Positions 8,875-19,019 of a DNA stretch of 33,050 nt are shown piece by piece. The notes beneath the pieces were generated by a model. It had not been told where the DNA came from. It ran no database searches and saw nothing but the letters and a program-made list of their open reading frames with translations. The position numbers and the translations under genes are program-made. The DNA is from Candidatus Levybacteria bacterium RIFCSPLOWO2_12_FULL_37_14 (GTDB taxonomy: Bacteria > Patescibacteriota > Microgenomatia > Levybacterales > UBA12049): positions 1 through 33,050 of the forward strand of contig MFPH01000034.1 in NCBI GenBank assembly GCA_001782645.1, given 5' to 3'. Each line of letters begins with the position of its first letter. Position 1 is the first letter of the stretch.

Positions 8875-10092
8875 ATGGGATATACAAAAGAAGCAATTAA
8901 AGGGGTTTCCTGGCTTGGGGCGTTTAGACTGTTTGCTCGTGTACTTTCCTTTTTGCGGACAATAATAGTTGCCCGCATTCTCTCTCCGGCACAATTTGGC
9001 GTTTATGGAATTGCCGCTCTTGCTCTGTCGCTTATTGAAATATTGACGGAAACAGGTATAAATGTTTTCTTAGTCCAAAACAAAGATAATATTGGAAAAT
9101 ATATTAGTACAGCCTGGGTTGTTTCAATTATTCGGGGAATTCTAATCTCTTTTTTAATTTTTTCTTCTTCGTTTTTTGTAGCGGAATTTTTTAAAAATCC
9201 GGATACCTTAGCGCTTTTAATGCTGGTCAGCGTTGTTCCGCTTATAAGAGGTTTTATTAATCCGTCTGTTGCTAAATTTCAAAAGGGTTTACAGTTTCAT
9301 AAAGAGTTCTATTATAGATCCGGGATTTTTTTAATTGAAACAATTGCAGCTATTGTATTAATTGTGGTGATGAAAAATCCAATTGCTTTAATTTACAGTC
9401 TTATTGCGGGTGCAATTTTTGAGGTGATCATATCTTTGTTTCTTATTAAGCCCATGCCAATTATTGAATTTAATAAAAAGATTTTTAAGAAAATTATTTC
9501 TCGAGGAAAATGGATTACGGGTGCGGGAATTTTTAGTTATTTATTCCAAAACGCTGATAATGCTGTTGTTGGAAAGATGCTTGGAACAGGGGCTCTTGGA
9601 ATTTACGATATGGCATACAGCATCTCAACGCTTCCTTTAAATGAAATATCGGATATTGTTGCAAGAGTTACTTTTCCCGTATATGTAAAAATGTCTGATG
9701 ACAAAAAAAGATTAAGAAGAGCCTATGTTAGAACAATTCTTTTGACCGTAGGGATGGTATCTCCCATATTATTATTGTTTTTATTATTTCCTGAACAATT
9801 AATCTTATTATTTCTTGGAGAGAATTGGATTCAGGCAGCAGATGTTTTAAGAGTTTTAGCAATTTTCGCAATGTTTAGCGTATTGGGCAGTCCATCTGGC
9901 GCTGTGTTCTATGCGGTAAAAAAACAAAAATACCTTACCGTAATCTCAATTATCAGTTTTGCCGTAATGATTATTTCAATATTTCCGCTTATTAATAAAT
10001 TTGGAATTATCGGTGCGGGAATAGCTGAAATACTAGGGTCTTTAGCAGCCCTCCCTTTTATGTTTTTTTATTTAATTAAGATTTTGAGGTAA
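8875..10092 (+). CDS. Wzx-like oligosaccharide/polysaccharide flippase (MOP superfamily)
   Basis: The N-terminus KGVSWLGAFRLFARVLSFLRTIIVARILSPAQFGVYG is typical of Polysacc_synt-type flippases. About 12 TM segments are present. A GAGG SD lies 6 nt upstream of the ATG. Confidence 0.75.
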   Translation: MGYTKEAIKGVSWLGAFRLFARVLSFLRTIIVARILSPAQFGVYGIAALALSLIEILTETGINVFLVQNKDNIGKYISTAWVVSIIRGILISFLIFSSSFFVAEFFKNPDTLALLMLVSVVPLIRGFINPSVAKFQKGLQFHKEFYYRSGIFLIETIAAIVLIVVMKNPIALIYSLIAGAIFEVIISLFLIKPMPIIEFNKKIFKKIISRGKWITGAGIFSYLFQNADNAVVGKMLGTGALGIYDMAYSISTLPLNEISDIVARVTFPVYVKMSDDKKRLRRAYVRTILLTVGMVSPILLLFLLFPEQLILLFLGENWIQAADVLRVLAIFAMFSVLGSPSGAVFYAVKKQKYLTVISIISFAVMIISIFPLINKFGIIGAGIAEILGSLAALPFMFFYLIKILR

Positions 10093-10096
10093 ATAA

Positions 10097-11008
10097 ATGA
10101 AAAAAAATCCTAAAGAAAGCAAAAAATATCCTCTTGTTACCGTTATTACTCCAACCTACAATCGTGGCTCATTTTTGGAAGAAACAATACTGAGCATATT
10201 GAATCAAGATTATACGAATATCGAATATATAGTCTTGGATGGCGAATCCACTGATAACACACGGGATGTAGTCGAAAAATTTAAAGGAAAAATTATTTGG
10301 GATTCGCATAAAAATATGGGTGAGCAGTGGGCGGTAAACAAAGGTTTCTCGATGGCGCATGGAGAAATCATTGGGGTTGTAAATTCAGATGATCCTTTAC
10401 TGCCCGGAGCTATTTCGGAAATAGTTAGAGCTATGAGAAATAACCCCAAGGCAATTGGAGTTTATCCTGATTGGATTAGAACAGATGGTAACGGAAAAGA
10501 AATAGAAAGGGTTATTCTACCGGATTATAATTATGAATACATGCTGCGAGAACATTGTCTTATCCCCGGCCCTGCAACTTTCTATAGGAAAGTTATTATA
10601 GATAAACTTAAAGGAAGAGATAGGCAATTTAAATACGTGAGCGATTTTGATTTTGTCTTAAGGGCGGGTTTGATCGGCGATTTCGTAAGAATTCCAAAAT
10701 TTTTAGCAACATTCCGTGTGCACCCGAACGCCGCAACTGCATCTAAGAAAGGTTTAGCAATGGCAATGGAACATCTTAGGTTGTTAAACAAATTTTTCTC
10801 TCTTCCCAATCTACCCTCTCATATTAAAAAAATTAAGCACGAGGCTTATGTGAAAGCTTGTGAGGCTGCAAGGATTTGTAGCGGAAATAAATTAAGGACT
10901 AAAATCATCATTTCCCTTATTTCTTTATATTATTCTCCATTACCTTATTTAAAGTTATTTATTAAACATAGATTAAGAAGACTACTTAAACTGCTGAAGA
11001 AAGATTGA
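10097..11008 (+). CDS. Glycosyltransferase family 2
   Basis: The sequence reads VTVITPTYNRGSFLEETILSILNQDY...YIVLDGESTDNT...VNSDDPL, i.e. the GT2 N-terminal beta-strand, nucleotide-binding and DxD-like motifs. Confidence 0.85.
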   Translation: MKKNPKESKKYPLVTVITPTYNRGSFLEETILSILNQDYTNIEYIVLDGESTDNTRDVVEKFKGKIIWDSHKNMGEQWAVNKGFSMAHGEIIGVVNSDDPLLPGAISEIVRAMRNNPKAIGVYPDWIRTDGNGKEIERVILPDYNYEYMLREHCLIPGPATFYRKVIIDKLKGRDRQFKYVSDFDFVLRAGLIGDFVRIPKFLATFRVHPNAATASKKGLAMAMEHLRLLNKFFSLPNLPSHIKKIKHEAYVKACEAARICSGNKLRTKIIISLISLYYSPLPYLKLFIKHRLRRLLKLLKKD

Positions 11009-11050
11009 CTGTCTGAAATCCACGTTTTTTGCGTTATAATACTAAGGAAT

Positions 11051-12151
11051 ATGAGGATTGCTATTTTTCATGAGCTTGATTCTGGCGGAGCAAGAAGAGC
11101 GGTTTTTGAATTTTCAAAAAGACTTAATAAGCTTTTTGAGGTTGATTTGTATTACGTTGATGAAAAAATGGATAAAGATATTGAAAAGCATATAAATAAA
11201 GCATTTTATTATTCTTTTTATCCCAAGAAGTGGGAGGGAAATAATTGGAGAATAAGATTGTATAAAGATACAATTGAGCTTTGCAATCTTTATAGATTGC
11301 ATAGAAAAATAGCGTCGGACATTAAATCAAAAAAATATGATTATATTTTTGTACATCCTTCGAAATTTACCCAGGCTCCTTTTCTTCTTAGATTATTAAA
11401 AAGCTGTATTTATTATTGTCAGGAACCATTAAGAATAATTTATGATTCATCAATCTCTTCAAATATTAAGGATATTTCTTTTCCGAAGAATTTATATGAA
11501 TTTCTTAATCGTAGACTAAGGAAATGGATTGATTCAGAGAGTTTAAGAAACGCATCAATTATTTTGGCAAATTCAAATTATTCAAAAGAGTTGATTTATA
11601 AATCCTACGGAAGGAAAGCAGCAGTTTGCTATTTGGGGGTAGATGTAAATCTTTTTAAACCGCAAAATTTAAAGAAAACAATAGATGTTCTTTTTATAGG
11701 AAATAAAGATAACGGGTATAACCTTTTGAATAAATTGCCTGAAATCCCCGCAAATAAGATTAATATCCGCGCAATATTTAGAGAAGACGGTAAATTAAGT
11801 GTTTCCGATACGGAGTTGGTGGAAATTTATAATAAATCTAAAGTCTTAGTTGCTTTGAATCATAATGAGCCTTTTGGATTAATATCTCTGGAGGCAATGG
11901 CGTGCGGAATACCTGTTATTGCGGTTGGAGAGGGCGGTTACAACGAGTCTATCATTAATAATAAAACAGGTTTTTTAATTTCAAGAAACCCCGATCAGCT
12001 TTACGCTAAAATTAATTTGATTGTTAATAATGAAAAACTGAGAAACGAAATGGGGAAAAATGATAGGGAAAATATACTAAAAAATTGGACATGGGACAAA
12101 AGTGTAAATAGATTTTTAAAAATAATAAAATATGAAAAATACAAAGATTAA
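11051..12151 (+). CDS. Glycosyltransferase family 4 (GT-B)
   Basis: The EX7E motif is EPFGLISLEAMACGIPVIAVGEGG...TGFLI. An AAGGA SD lies upstream. Confidence 0.85.
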   Translation: MRIAIFHELDSGGARRAVFEFSKRLNKLFEVDLYYVDEKMDKDIEKHINKAFYYSFYPKKWEGNNWRIRLYKDTIELCNLYRLHRKIASDIKSKKYDYIFVHPSKFTQAPFLLRLLKSCIYYCQEPLRIIYDSSISSNIKDISFPKNLYEFLNRRLRKWIDSESLRNASIILANSNYSKELIYKSYGRKAAVCYLGVDVNLFKPQNLKKTIDVLFIGNKDNGYNLLNKLPEIPANKINIRAIFREDGKLSVSDTELVEIYNKSKVLVALNHNEPFGLISLEAMACGIPVIAVGEGGYNESIINNKTGFLISRNPDQLYAKINLIVNNEKLRNEMGKNDRENILKNWTWDKSVNRFLKIIKYEKYKD

Positions 12152-14351
12152 TGTTTCAATAATAATTGTTAATTATAAAGTTGAGAAGGAATTAATTAGT
12201 TGTATTAATTCAATTCTGAAATCAAAACCTAAAACAACACACGAAATAATTGTTGTTGATAATGATAAGGAAGATAAATTAAAAACGAGTTTAAAGAAAA
12301 TATTTCCTCAAGTTATATATATAAAAAGTAAAAATAATTTAGGATATGGTGGAGGAAATAATTTAGGCGCGCGTTATGCTCAGGGAAAATATTTGTTTTT
12401 TTTAAACCCCGATACGAAAGTCCTGGATGGAGCGTTGGATAATTTATATAATTTCTTTATTAATAATCATAATGTTGGAATTATCTCTCCGCTTTTTCTT
12501 GATAATAATTTAAAACCTTTTAAGTCCCAAGGATCAAAAGAATTAACTCCAAAAAATATTATATTTTGCCAGTCATTTTTAAGGAAAATATTTTCAAATA
12601 AAAATATTTACAACGAAAATGCATTAATTGACTGGGATTTAAAATCTTCGAGGAAAGTTTCTTCGGTTCCCGGCGCAGCGATGATGGTAAGTTCAAATCT
12701 TTTTAGAAGAATGGAGGGATTTGATGAAAACTTCTTTCTTTATTTTGAAGAAAACGATATCTCAAAAAGAATTAGCGGTCTTGGTTACAAATTATTTATT
12801 GTTCCATCGGCAAAGATTATCCATCTGGTTGGCAGAAGTACAAAGAATTTGAATAATATAGAAAATGTTTATTCAAAGAGCAGATATTTATATTTAAAAA
12901 AACACTATGGATTACTTAAAGCTATATTTACGCAAATGATCTTATCTATTAATAGAACATTTATATCCTTATTTTTAATTTTAGCTTTAGCTTTTTTTCT
13001 AAGGATTATCAACATAGAGAAAACGATGCCATTTATAGGTGATCAGGGATGGTTCTATCTATCAGCTAGGGATATGCTTATAAATGGCCAAATTCCGCTT
13101 GTAGGCATTGCTTCAAGCCATCCATGGCTTCACCAGGGTCCGCTATGGACATATTTGCTTGCAGGTGTTTTTTGGCTTTTTGGGTTCAATCCGCTAAACG
13201 GGGCATATTTAACAATTATATTGGGAATACTTTCGGTTTTAATGGTATGTGTTGTTGGGTCAGAGATGTTCTCTAAAAGAATAGGATTATTTTCTGCCCT
13301 TCTCTACGCAACATCTCCTCTTGTTGTTATTCATTCCCGCACTCCTTATCATACAAGTCCTATTTCTTTGTTTACGCTTCTTTTTATTTTGTCATTGTAC
13401 AGATGGATAAAAGGAAATAATATTTATTTTCCACTGTCAATTTTATTTTTAGCAATTTTATATAATTTAGAGTTAGCCACGTCTACGTTGTGGATTGTAT
13501 TATTTATTATCCTGTTGTATGGGGTATGGAAGAAAAAAGAATGGGTTCATAAATTATTTAATAAAAAAATATTAATATATTCGGCCATAGCATTCTTAAT
13601 TCCAATGCTGCCGATTTTAATTTATGACTTCAATCATGATTTTCCGCAAACCTTAGGATTTATTCTGTGGATAGGCTACAGAATCCTAAAATTTTTTGGT
13701 TTTCCCAGTATTCATGGTGAAATTGACTCAGCGAATATGAATTCAATGGTTGCCTTTTCTTTCCGTTATTACCAAAATTTAATTTTTGCTGAAAATAATA
13801 TAATTACTTTCATAATTTTAATATTAAGCTTTGGTACGCTATTTATTCATGCTTATAATTTTTTAAGAAAAAAAGCGCATGAAGTTGGGATTTCACTTTT
13901 AATATTGTGGATATTAATTTCTCTTGCAGGATATTTCGTAAATAAAACATTCTCGGAAGCATATCTTCCGATATTTTTTCCGGCCTTAATTTTTTTAGCA
14001 GCTTTTTCTTTTGACAAAATTATGAAAATAAAAGCATTTTTTATTTCAGTGGTTTTGTTGATTACGCTTATTGTAACTATGAATATCCACTTCATTGTCT
14101 TGTCGGAATATTCCGAAAGAGGATTCAGTTTTTACAATAGATTAGCGATTATTAAAGAAATTGTTAGGAGTGCTGATGGGAGAGAATATAACATTGTAGG
14201 CATTGGAGATGGCAGTCAGTTTGAAACCTTTACTATGAACTATCAATATCTTGCGTGGTGGTTAGGGAATTCTTCTTCGAAAATTCCTCAAAAATTAAAG
14301 TACATTATTCAGGAAAATAAAAGCGGTATATTCTTGATAAAAAATGAATAA
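12132..14351 (+). CDS. Fusion protein: N-terminal GT2 (WbbL/rhamnosyltransferase-like) plus C-terminal polytopic GT-C-like domain
   Basis: Residues 1-~260 read VSIIIVNYKVEKELISCINSIL...IIVVDNDKED...NNLGYGGGNNLG...FLNPDT...FFLYFEENDIS. A multi-TM region follows, with the first-loop sequence PFIGDQGWFYLSARDML as in ArnT/PMT_2-like proteins. It is a single 739-codon frame. Confidence 0.8.
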   Translation: MKNTKINVSIIIVNYKVEKELISCINSILKSKPKTTHEIIVVDNDKEDKLKTSLKKIFPQVIYIKSKNNLGYGGGNNLGARYAQGKYLFFLNPDTKVLDGALDNLYNFFINNHNVGIISPLFLDNNLKPFKSQGSKELTPKNIIFCQSFLRKIFSNKNIYNENALIDWDLKSSRKVSSVPGAAMMVSSNLFRRMEGFDENFFLYFEENDISKRISGLGYKLFIVPSAKIIHLVGRSTKNLNNIENVYSKSRYLYLKKHYGLLKAIFTQMILSINRTFISLFLILALAFFLRIINIEKTMPFIGDQGWFYLSARDMLINGQIPLVGIASSHPWLHQGPLWTYLLAGVFWLFGFNPLNGAYLTIILGILSVLMVCVVGSEMFSKRIGLFSALLYATSPLVVIHSRTPYHTSPISLFTLLFILSLYRWIKGNNIYFPLSILFLAILYNLELATSTLWIVLFIILLYGVWKKKEWVHKLFNKKILIYSAIAFLIPMLPILIYDFNHDFPQTLGFILWIGYRILKFFGFPSIHGEIDSANMNSMVAFSFRYYQNLIFAENNIITFIILILSFGTLFIHAYNFLRKKAHEVGISLLILWILISLAGYFVNKTFSEAYLPIFFPALIFLAAFSFDKIMKIKAFFISVVLLITLIVTMNIHFIVLSEYSERGFSFYNRLAIIKEIVRSADGREYNIVGIGDGSQFETFTMNYQYLAWWLGNSSSKIPQKLKYIIQENKSGIFLIKNE

Positions 14352-15882
14352 GCGGTTAATAATTCTATTTATTTTTTTATTTTCCCTCTCATTAAGACTT
14401 TGGAATATTAATGAAATGGGAAGAACTTGGGATGAAGCAGAATACACGGAGCAGGGGTATAGGATGGTCGAGCTTCTAAAGAAAGGAGATTTTAACAATA
14501 GTTACTTTTATACAACCTATGATCATCCGCCTTTAGTAAAGTATCTTTACGGAATTGCTGCTCATTTTGATGTGGAGAAATATTTATCAAATGGAGAAGT
14601 AATTCTAAAATACGATTTAACTTATTCAAGAATTCTTTCAGCTATTTTGTTTAGTTTGGGCGTATCGATAGTCGTTCTTATTGGATGGAAAATATTTTCT
14701 CAAACTGTTGGTATTTTTTCCGGAATAATTCTTGCAATGCTGCCATTTTCACTGGGACTTTCTCAGCTCGTAACTACAGAGAGCTTGAAAATATTTATTT
14801 ATCCTTTGACAATTTATGCCTATATTTTGTTGCTTGAAAAATTTTCCTGGAAAAAGGTATTAATTTCAGGAATAATAACCGGAGTTGCATTGCAAGCAAA
14901 GCAGTCGAATTTCTTACTCATTCCAATGCTGGGCTTGATATTTTTTATTCAATATTTTAAGTTAAAAACAAAAGAAAAAATAATTTTTGCAAAAACAAGG
15001 ATTAAGGCGATTATAGCGATATCGTTAATTGGGTTATGCGTTTTTGTGCTTATTTGGCCACAGATTTTGTTTCATTTTAAGGAAGTTTATGCGATTCATA
15101 ATGATACTTGGAGTGTTAGATTTTCTCCCAAAATTTGGCAAATTACACTTTCTCCTCCTGAAATTTTCTTTGGAAGACTAATGTTAGCGCCAATTTTCTA
15201 TTATATTATCTATTTTTTTATTACAATACCTGTTCTTATCTTATTTTTATTTTTTGTGGGGGTAAGACAAGTGTTTGAAAAAAAGAGCATTTATTTATTT
15301 TCAATTTTACTTTGGTTTCTCTTACCGTTTAGTCTTTCAATATATTCTTGGAGACAGCATGGCTTAAGATATATTATTGAAATTTATCCTGCACTGGCGA
15401 TAATTTCAGCGATAGGATTTGAAACTTTAACTAAAAAGCTTGCTAGAGGTCAACTTTATAGATTTTTATTGTTTTTGCCAATTGTTGCATATCTATTTAT
15501 TTCCCTTTGGTTTATAAAGCCTTATTATCTTGATTACTTCAATGAATTGGTCGGAGGAGTAAATACTGTTTATAGGTATAATTTTTTTCAAACAGGTTGG
15601 TGGGGACAAGGACTAAGGGAAGCAGGATTGTATTTGAAAAACAAAGCTGCTGTAGGTTCAAAAATAGGGCTAGCTATTTCTCCTAAGCACACTATGCCGA
15701 GGCTTGATGGCTTAGATTATTCTGATTGGTCGGTTGATAAGAAATATGATTATGTTGTAGTCAATAATTACCATATAATCCGCGACGGGTTTAGTGCGGC
15801 AGAAATAAAAAAGAATTATACGCCAATATATTTTGTAAAAGCAGATAAGGCAATCTTAGTTACAGTTTATAAATTAAAATAA
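14344..15882 (+). CDS. GT-C glycosyltransferase of the PMT/ArnT type (GT39/GT83-like, polyprenyl-phosphate-sugar dependent)
   Basis: The first loop reads MGRTWDEAEYTEQGYRM...YDHPPLVKYLYG (a DE motif). The mid-protein motif is LQAKQSNFLL. About 11-12 TM segments are present. The start overlaps the upstream stop by 8 nt. Confidence 0.8.
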   Translation: MNKRLIILFIFLFSLSLRLWNINEMGRTWDEAEYTEQGYRMVELLKKGDFNNSYFYTTYDHPPLVKYLYGIAAHFDVEKYLSNGEVILKYDLTYSRILSAILFSLGVSIVVLIGWKIFSQTVGIFSGIILAMLPFSLGLSQLVTTESLKIFIYPLTIYAYILLLEKFSWKKVLISGIITGVALQAKQSNFLLIPMLGLIFFIQYFKLKTKEKIIFAKTRIKAIIAISLIGLCVFVLIWPQILFHFKEVYAIHNDTWSVRFSPKIWQITLSPPEIFFGRLMLAPIFYYIIYFFITIPVLILFLFFVGVRQVFEKKSIYLFSILLWFLLPFSLSIYSWRQHGLRYIIEIYPALAIISAIGFETLTKKLARGQLYRFLLFLPIVAYLFISLWFIKPYYLDYFNELVGGVNTVYRYNFFQTGWWGQGLREAGLYLKNKAAVGSKIGLAISPKHTMPRLDGLDYSDWSVDKKYDYVVVNNYHIIRDGFSAAEIKKNYTPIYFVKADKAILVTVYKLK

Positions 15883-15885
15883 TTC

Positions 15886-17742
15886 ATGGATTTTAGTAAT
15901 TATATTACAGTATTTAATAATGTCCCGAAGAACACGTCATATTTAATAGGTGATTTTATTGGATTTGAATTTCATATAGATAAGGTTGTGGGCATTGTCA
16001 TTAATATCTTAATCGCCCTGATTTTTATAGCAATTTACTATTTGATTGGAAGAAAGATAAGGATATTTTTATTTAAAAATATTGATTGTAAAAATTTTCA
16101 TAACTTTGTTAACGTTGCTTTAGGATATATTTTTGTAAACTCAGCATTAGCGATTCTCGGTTTACTTTCCCTGCTTTATCCTACGGTTTTGTGGTTATAT
16201 ATCATTACAATTCTTTTTATTTCAATTTATCCATACCGTACGCTAAAAAATAGTATGGTTGAATTGCGTAGTTCTGTCAGCGAAACAAAAAGAATTTTAA
16301 ATGAAAATAAATGGGTTTTCTTTGGAGTGATTTTATTCGTTTTTATTGCGTTTCTGCGTTTGATTCCTCCTGAAATTGGAGAGGATGCAATAGGATATCA
16401 CACAAGCGATCCATATTTATTCCTAAAGAATCACACAACAGTGCTTAAGCATTCCTACGTGGCAATGCCAGCTCCTCATCTTGGCGAAATGACATATACC
16501 ATATCGGAATTTATAGGATTTAAGGATTCAACAAGGTATATTCATTTTTCATTTTATTTTCTAGTAGTGTTCCTTTTGATGCTTGTTAGTCCGTATGGCG
16601 CGCTACTTTTCGTAACTGCTCCGGTTATTATTCAAATATCCTCAAAAGCAAATGTAGATTTTCAGTGGATTCTCTGCTGGTTACTCTCAATATTCCTTGT
16701 TACTCAAAGCAAACAAAGAGGAATAAAGAACATGATATTGATAGGAATATTATTCGGCGGGGTACTGGCTTCGAAATTATGGACAATTGCCTTTTCCCCT
16801 CTTTTTATCTTGTATTTATTAATTATTTATAGGAAATTAAATTTAAAGGCTAAGCTAAGAATGATATTTGCATTTTCTCTGTCTGCTTTTCTAATCAACC
16901 TTGTTTGGCTTTGGCGCTCTTTTATCATAAGCGGTAATCCTTTATATCCTGTGTTCTCAACAATCACATCTTTGGATGGAGGAAGCGGGGCGCTGGGCGC
17001 TGGTAATATTATTGGATTTAACAACCTGATGTTTCGCATGCAAAATATAAGCGTTTTAAGTCCCTTATTTTATTTTGGAATGTTTATTGTTATTCTCCAT
17101 TGGCGTTGCGCATTTAAACTTTTACGCAGGCCTAACTTATCTTTATTTTTTGTTTTTCTTGCTGCCGAATACATTTTCGTAAAATATCATTTTGGAAGGT
17201 ATCTATTGGGCTTGTATTCTTTGGCGGTACTGATTGTATCGATAGGATTAAAAGATTTAATTAAAAAATATAATGTATATAAAATTGTTTTTGTTATGAT
17301 TTATGGTATTTTATTTATTTATTATTTTACAAATACGTTATTAGTTCTTCCTTATGGTTTTGGATGGGCAGACAACAATAGGTATTTAACGAGAATTCTA
17401 TTTAGAGATAATGCAAGTTATTATGATTTTGATCATTTGTTTAGCAAGTGGATTTCAAGTAATGATAAAGTCGCGACATATGGAATATCAGGATATTACT
17501 ATGCGGACTTTGACTATATAGATATATATTATATTTTCGGAAAAAACAATAAATCGTTTGATTTACTTATGGAAAAAAACGTAACAAAATTACTCATAAA
17601 AGGAGGGGACATTTTTTGGTTTTGCGAATCATTAAGTTTGCAAAACTGTTCTTCAAACAAAGTTAAATTGCTGGTCAGTTATCCTGAGGGTATAGGAAAA
17701 TACAATCTTTACAGTATATCAGAATCTACCAGATTGCCATAA
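15886..17742 (+). CDS. Polytopic GT-C-like membrane protein (paralog of 20521..22101)
   Basis: Loop motifs are PPEIGEDAIGYH...LKNH, MP..HLGEMTYT, IHFSF, LASKLWTIAF and GNPLYPVF. They are collinear with the same motifs in the 20521 gene product. Confidence 0.6.
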   Translation: MDFSNYITVFNNVPKNTSYLIGDFIGFEFHIDKVVGIVINILIALIFIAIYYLIGRKIRIFLFKNIDCKNFHNFVNVALGYIFVNSALAILGLLSLLYPTVLWLYIITILFISIYPYRTLKNSMVELRSSVSETKRILNENKWVFFGVILFVFIAFLRLIPPEIGEDAIGYHTSDPYLFLKNHTTVLKHSYVAMPAPHLGEMTYTISEFIGFKDSTRYIHFSFYFLVVFLLMLVSPYGALLFVTAPVIIQISSKANVDFQWILCWLLSIFLVTQSKQRGIKNMILIGILFGGVLASKLWTIAFSPLFILYLLIIYRKLNLKAKLRMIFAFSLSAFLINLVWLWRSFIISGNPLYPVFSTITSLDGGSGALGAGNIIGFNNLMFRMQNISVLSPLFYFGMFIVILHWRCAFKLLRRPNLSLFFVFLAAEYIFVKYHFGRYLLGLYSLAVLIVSIGLKDLIKKYNVYKIVFVMIYGILFIYYFTNTLLVLPYGFGWADNNRYLTRILFRDNASYYDFDHLFSKWISSNDKVATYGISGYYYADFDYIDIYYIFGKNNKSFDLLMEKNVTKLLIKGGDIFWFCESLSLQNCSSNKVKLLVSYPEGIGKYNLYSISESTRLP

Positions 17743-17774
17743 GGTAACGATTTTTATATAATAAATGAAAATTA

Positions 17775-19019
17775 ATGCACTTAATGAAACATTATAATTA
17801 CAAGTCTTTGGAAATTAAAAAATGTCGAGCATGTGACTCATCAGCGCTTGAAGATATTTTATCTTTGGGCACTCAATATTTATCCGACTTTACAATAGGT
17901 AATAAAAAGCCCGAGAAATATCCGCTAAGCATAATGCTTTGTAATGATTGCAGTTTATTGCAATTAAAACACAATGTTCCGCAGTCTTCATTGTACACGG
18001 AAAGATACGGATATAAATCAGGAATGAATCTCACTATGCGGAAAGAATTGAAGGAAATAGTTGATAAAACACTTAGTAAATTGAAACAAAAAGAAGATAT
18101 GACGGCGGTAGATATTGGAGCAAATGACGGAACGCTTTTAAGCAACTACTCAGATAAAGTTTTTAAAATTGGAATAGAGCCGATTAAAAAATTTGCTAAA
18201 GAGTGCGGATTAAAAGCAAATGTAATAATAAACGATTTTTTTAATTATAAATTGTATTTTAGTAAAGTTGGAAAAAGAAAAGCAGATATTATTACGATTA
18301 TATCGTGTTTCTATGATATGGAAAAACCCAATATTTTCTTGTCGGATGTTAAAAAAATAATGAATGATGATGGAATAATTACCATCCAGCAGAATTATTT
18401 AGCAAGTATGTTACGCAATAATGCTTTTGATAATATAGTGCATGAACATCTGGAATATTATTCACTGCTCTCATTGGAAAATCTACTTAAAAGACATCAG
18501 CTTGAAATATTTGATATTGAAGAAGATGGGATGAATGGTGGAAGTTTCAGGACTTATATATCCAATATCGGCAAAAGAAAAATATCAAAATCCGTTGTTA
18601 ATATGAGGATTAGGGAGAGAAAAATAAATCTTAAAAACAAAAAAATATATATGGATTTTGCGCAAAAAGTAGAAAAAAACAAAAATAAATTATCCAAACT
18701 AATTTTAAAATTGCTAAAAGAAAATAAAAAGATTTATATTTATGGCGCATCTACCAGGGGAAATACTTTATTGCAGTATTGCGGTTTAGACTGTAAATCA
18801 ATTAAAGCAGCTGTAGAAAGAAATTCAGAAAAGTGGGGTAAAAAAATTGCCTCGGTTGGTGTGCCAATAATTTCCGAAGAACAAGCAAGAATAGAAAAGC
18901 CTGATTATATGTTAGTTTTGCCTTGGTTTTTCAGGGAGGAATTTTTAAGACGAGAAAAAAAATATCTTCAAGACGGAGGACATTTTATTTTTCCCTTACC
19001 CAAATTAGAGGTTATCTAA
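17775..19019 (+). CDS. NDP-sugar C-methyltransferase-like enzyme (zinc-binding N-domain plus class I MTase plus C-methyltransferase C-domain; TylCIII-like family)
   Basis: The Zn domain reads CRACDS...LSLGTQYLSDF...YPLSIMLCNDCSLLQL. The SAM motif is AVDIGANDGTLL. A C-terminal Rossmann-like IYIYGASTRGNTLLQY follows. The start may instead be the second ATG at 17784. Confidence 0.7.
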   Translation: MHLMKHYNYKSLEIKKCRACDSSALEDILSLGTQYLSDFTIGNKKPEKYPLSIMLCNDCSLLQLKHNVPQSSLYTERYGYKSGMNLTMRKELKEIVDKTLSKLKQKEDMTAVDIGANDGTLLSNYSDKVFKIGIEPIKKFAKECGLKANVIINDFFNYKLYFSKVGKRKADIITIISCFYDMEKPNIFLSDVKKIMNDDGIITIQQNYLASMLRNNAFDNIVHEHLEYYSLLSLENLLKRHQLEIFDIEEDGMNGGSFRTYISNIGKRKISKSVVNMRIRERKINLKNKKIYMDFAQKVEKNKNKLSKLILKLLKENKKIYIYGASTRGNTLLQYCGLDCKSIKAAVERNSEKWGKKIASVGVPIISEEQARIEKPDYMLVLPWFFREEFLRREKKYLQDGGHFIFPLPKLEVI

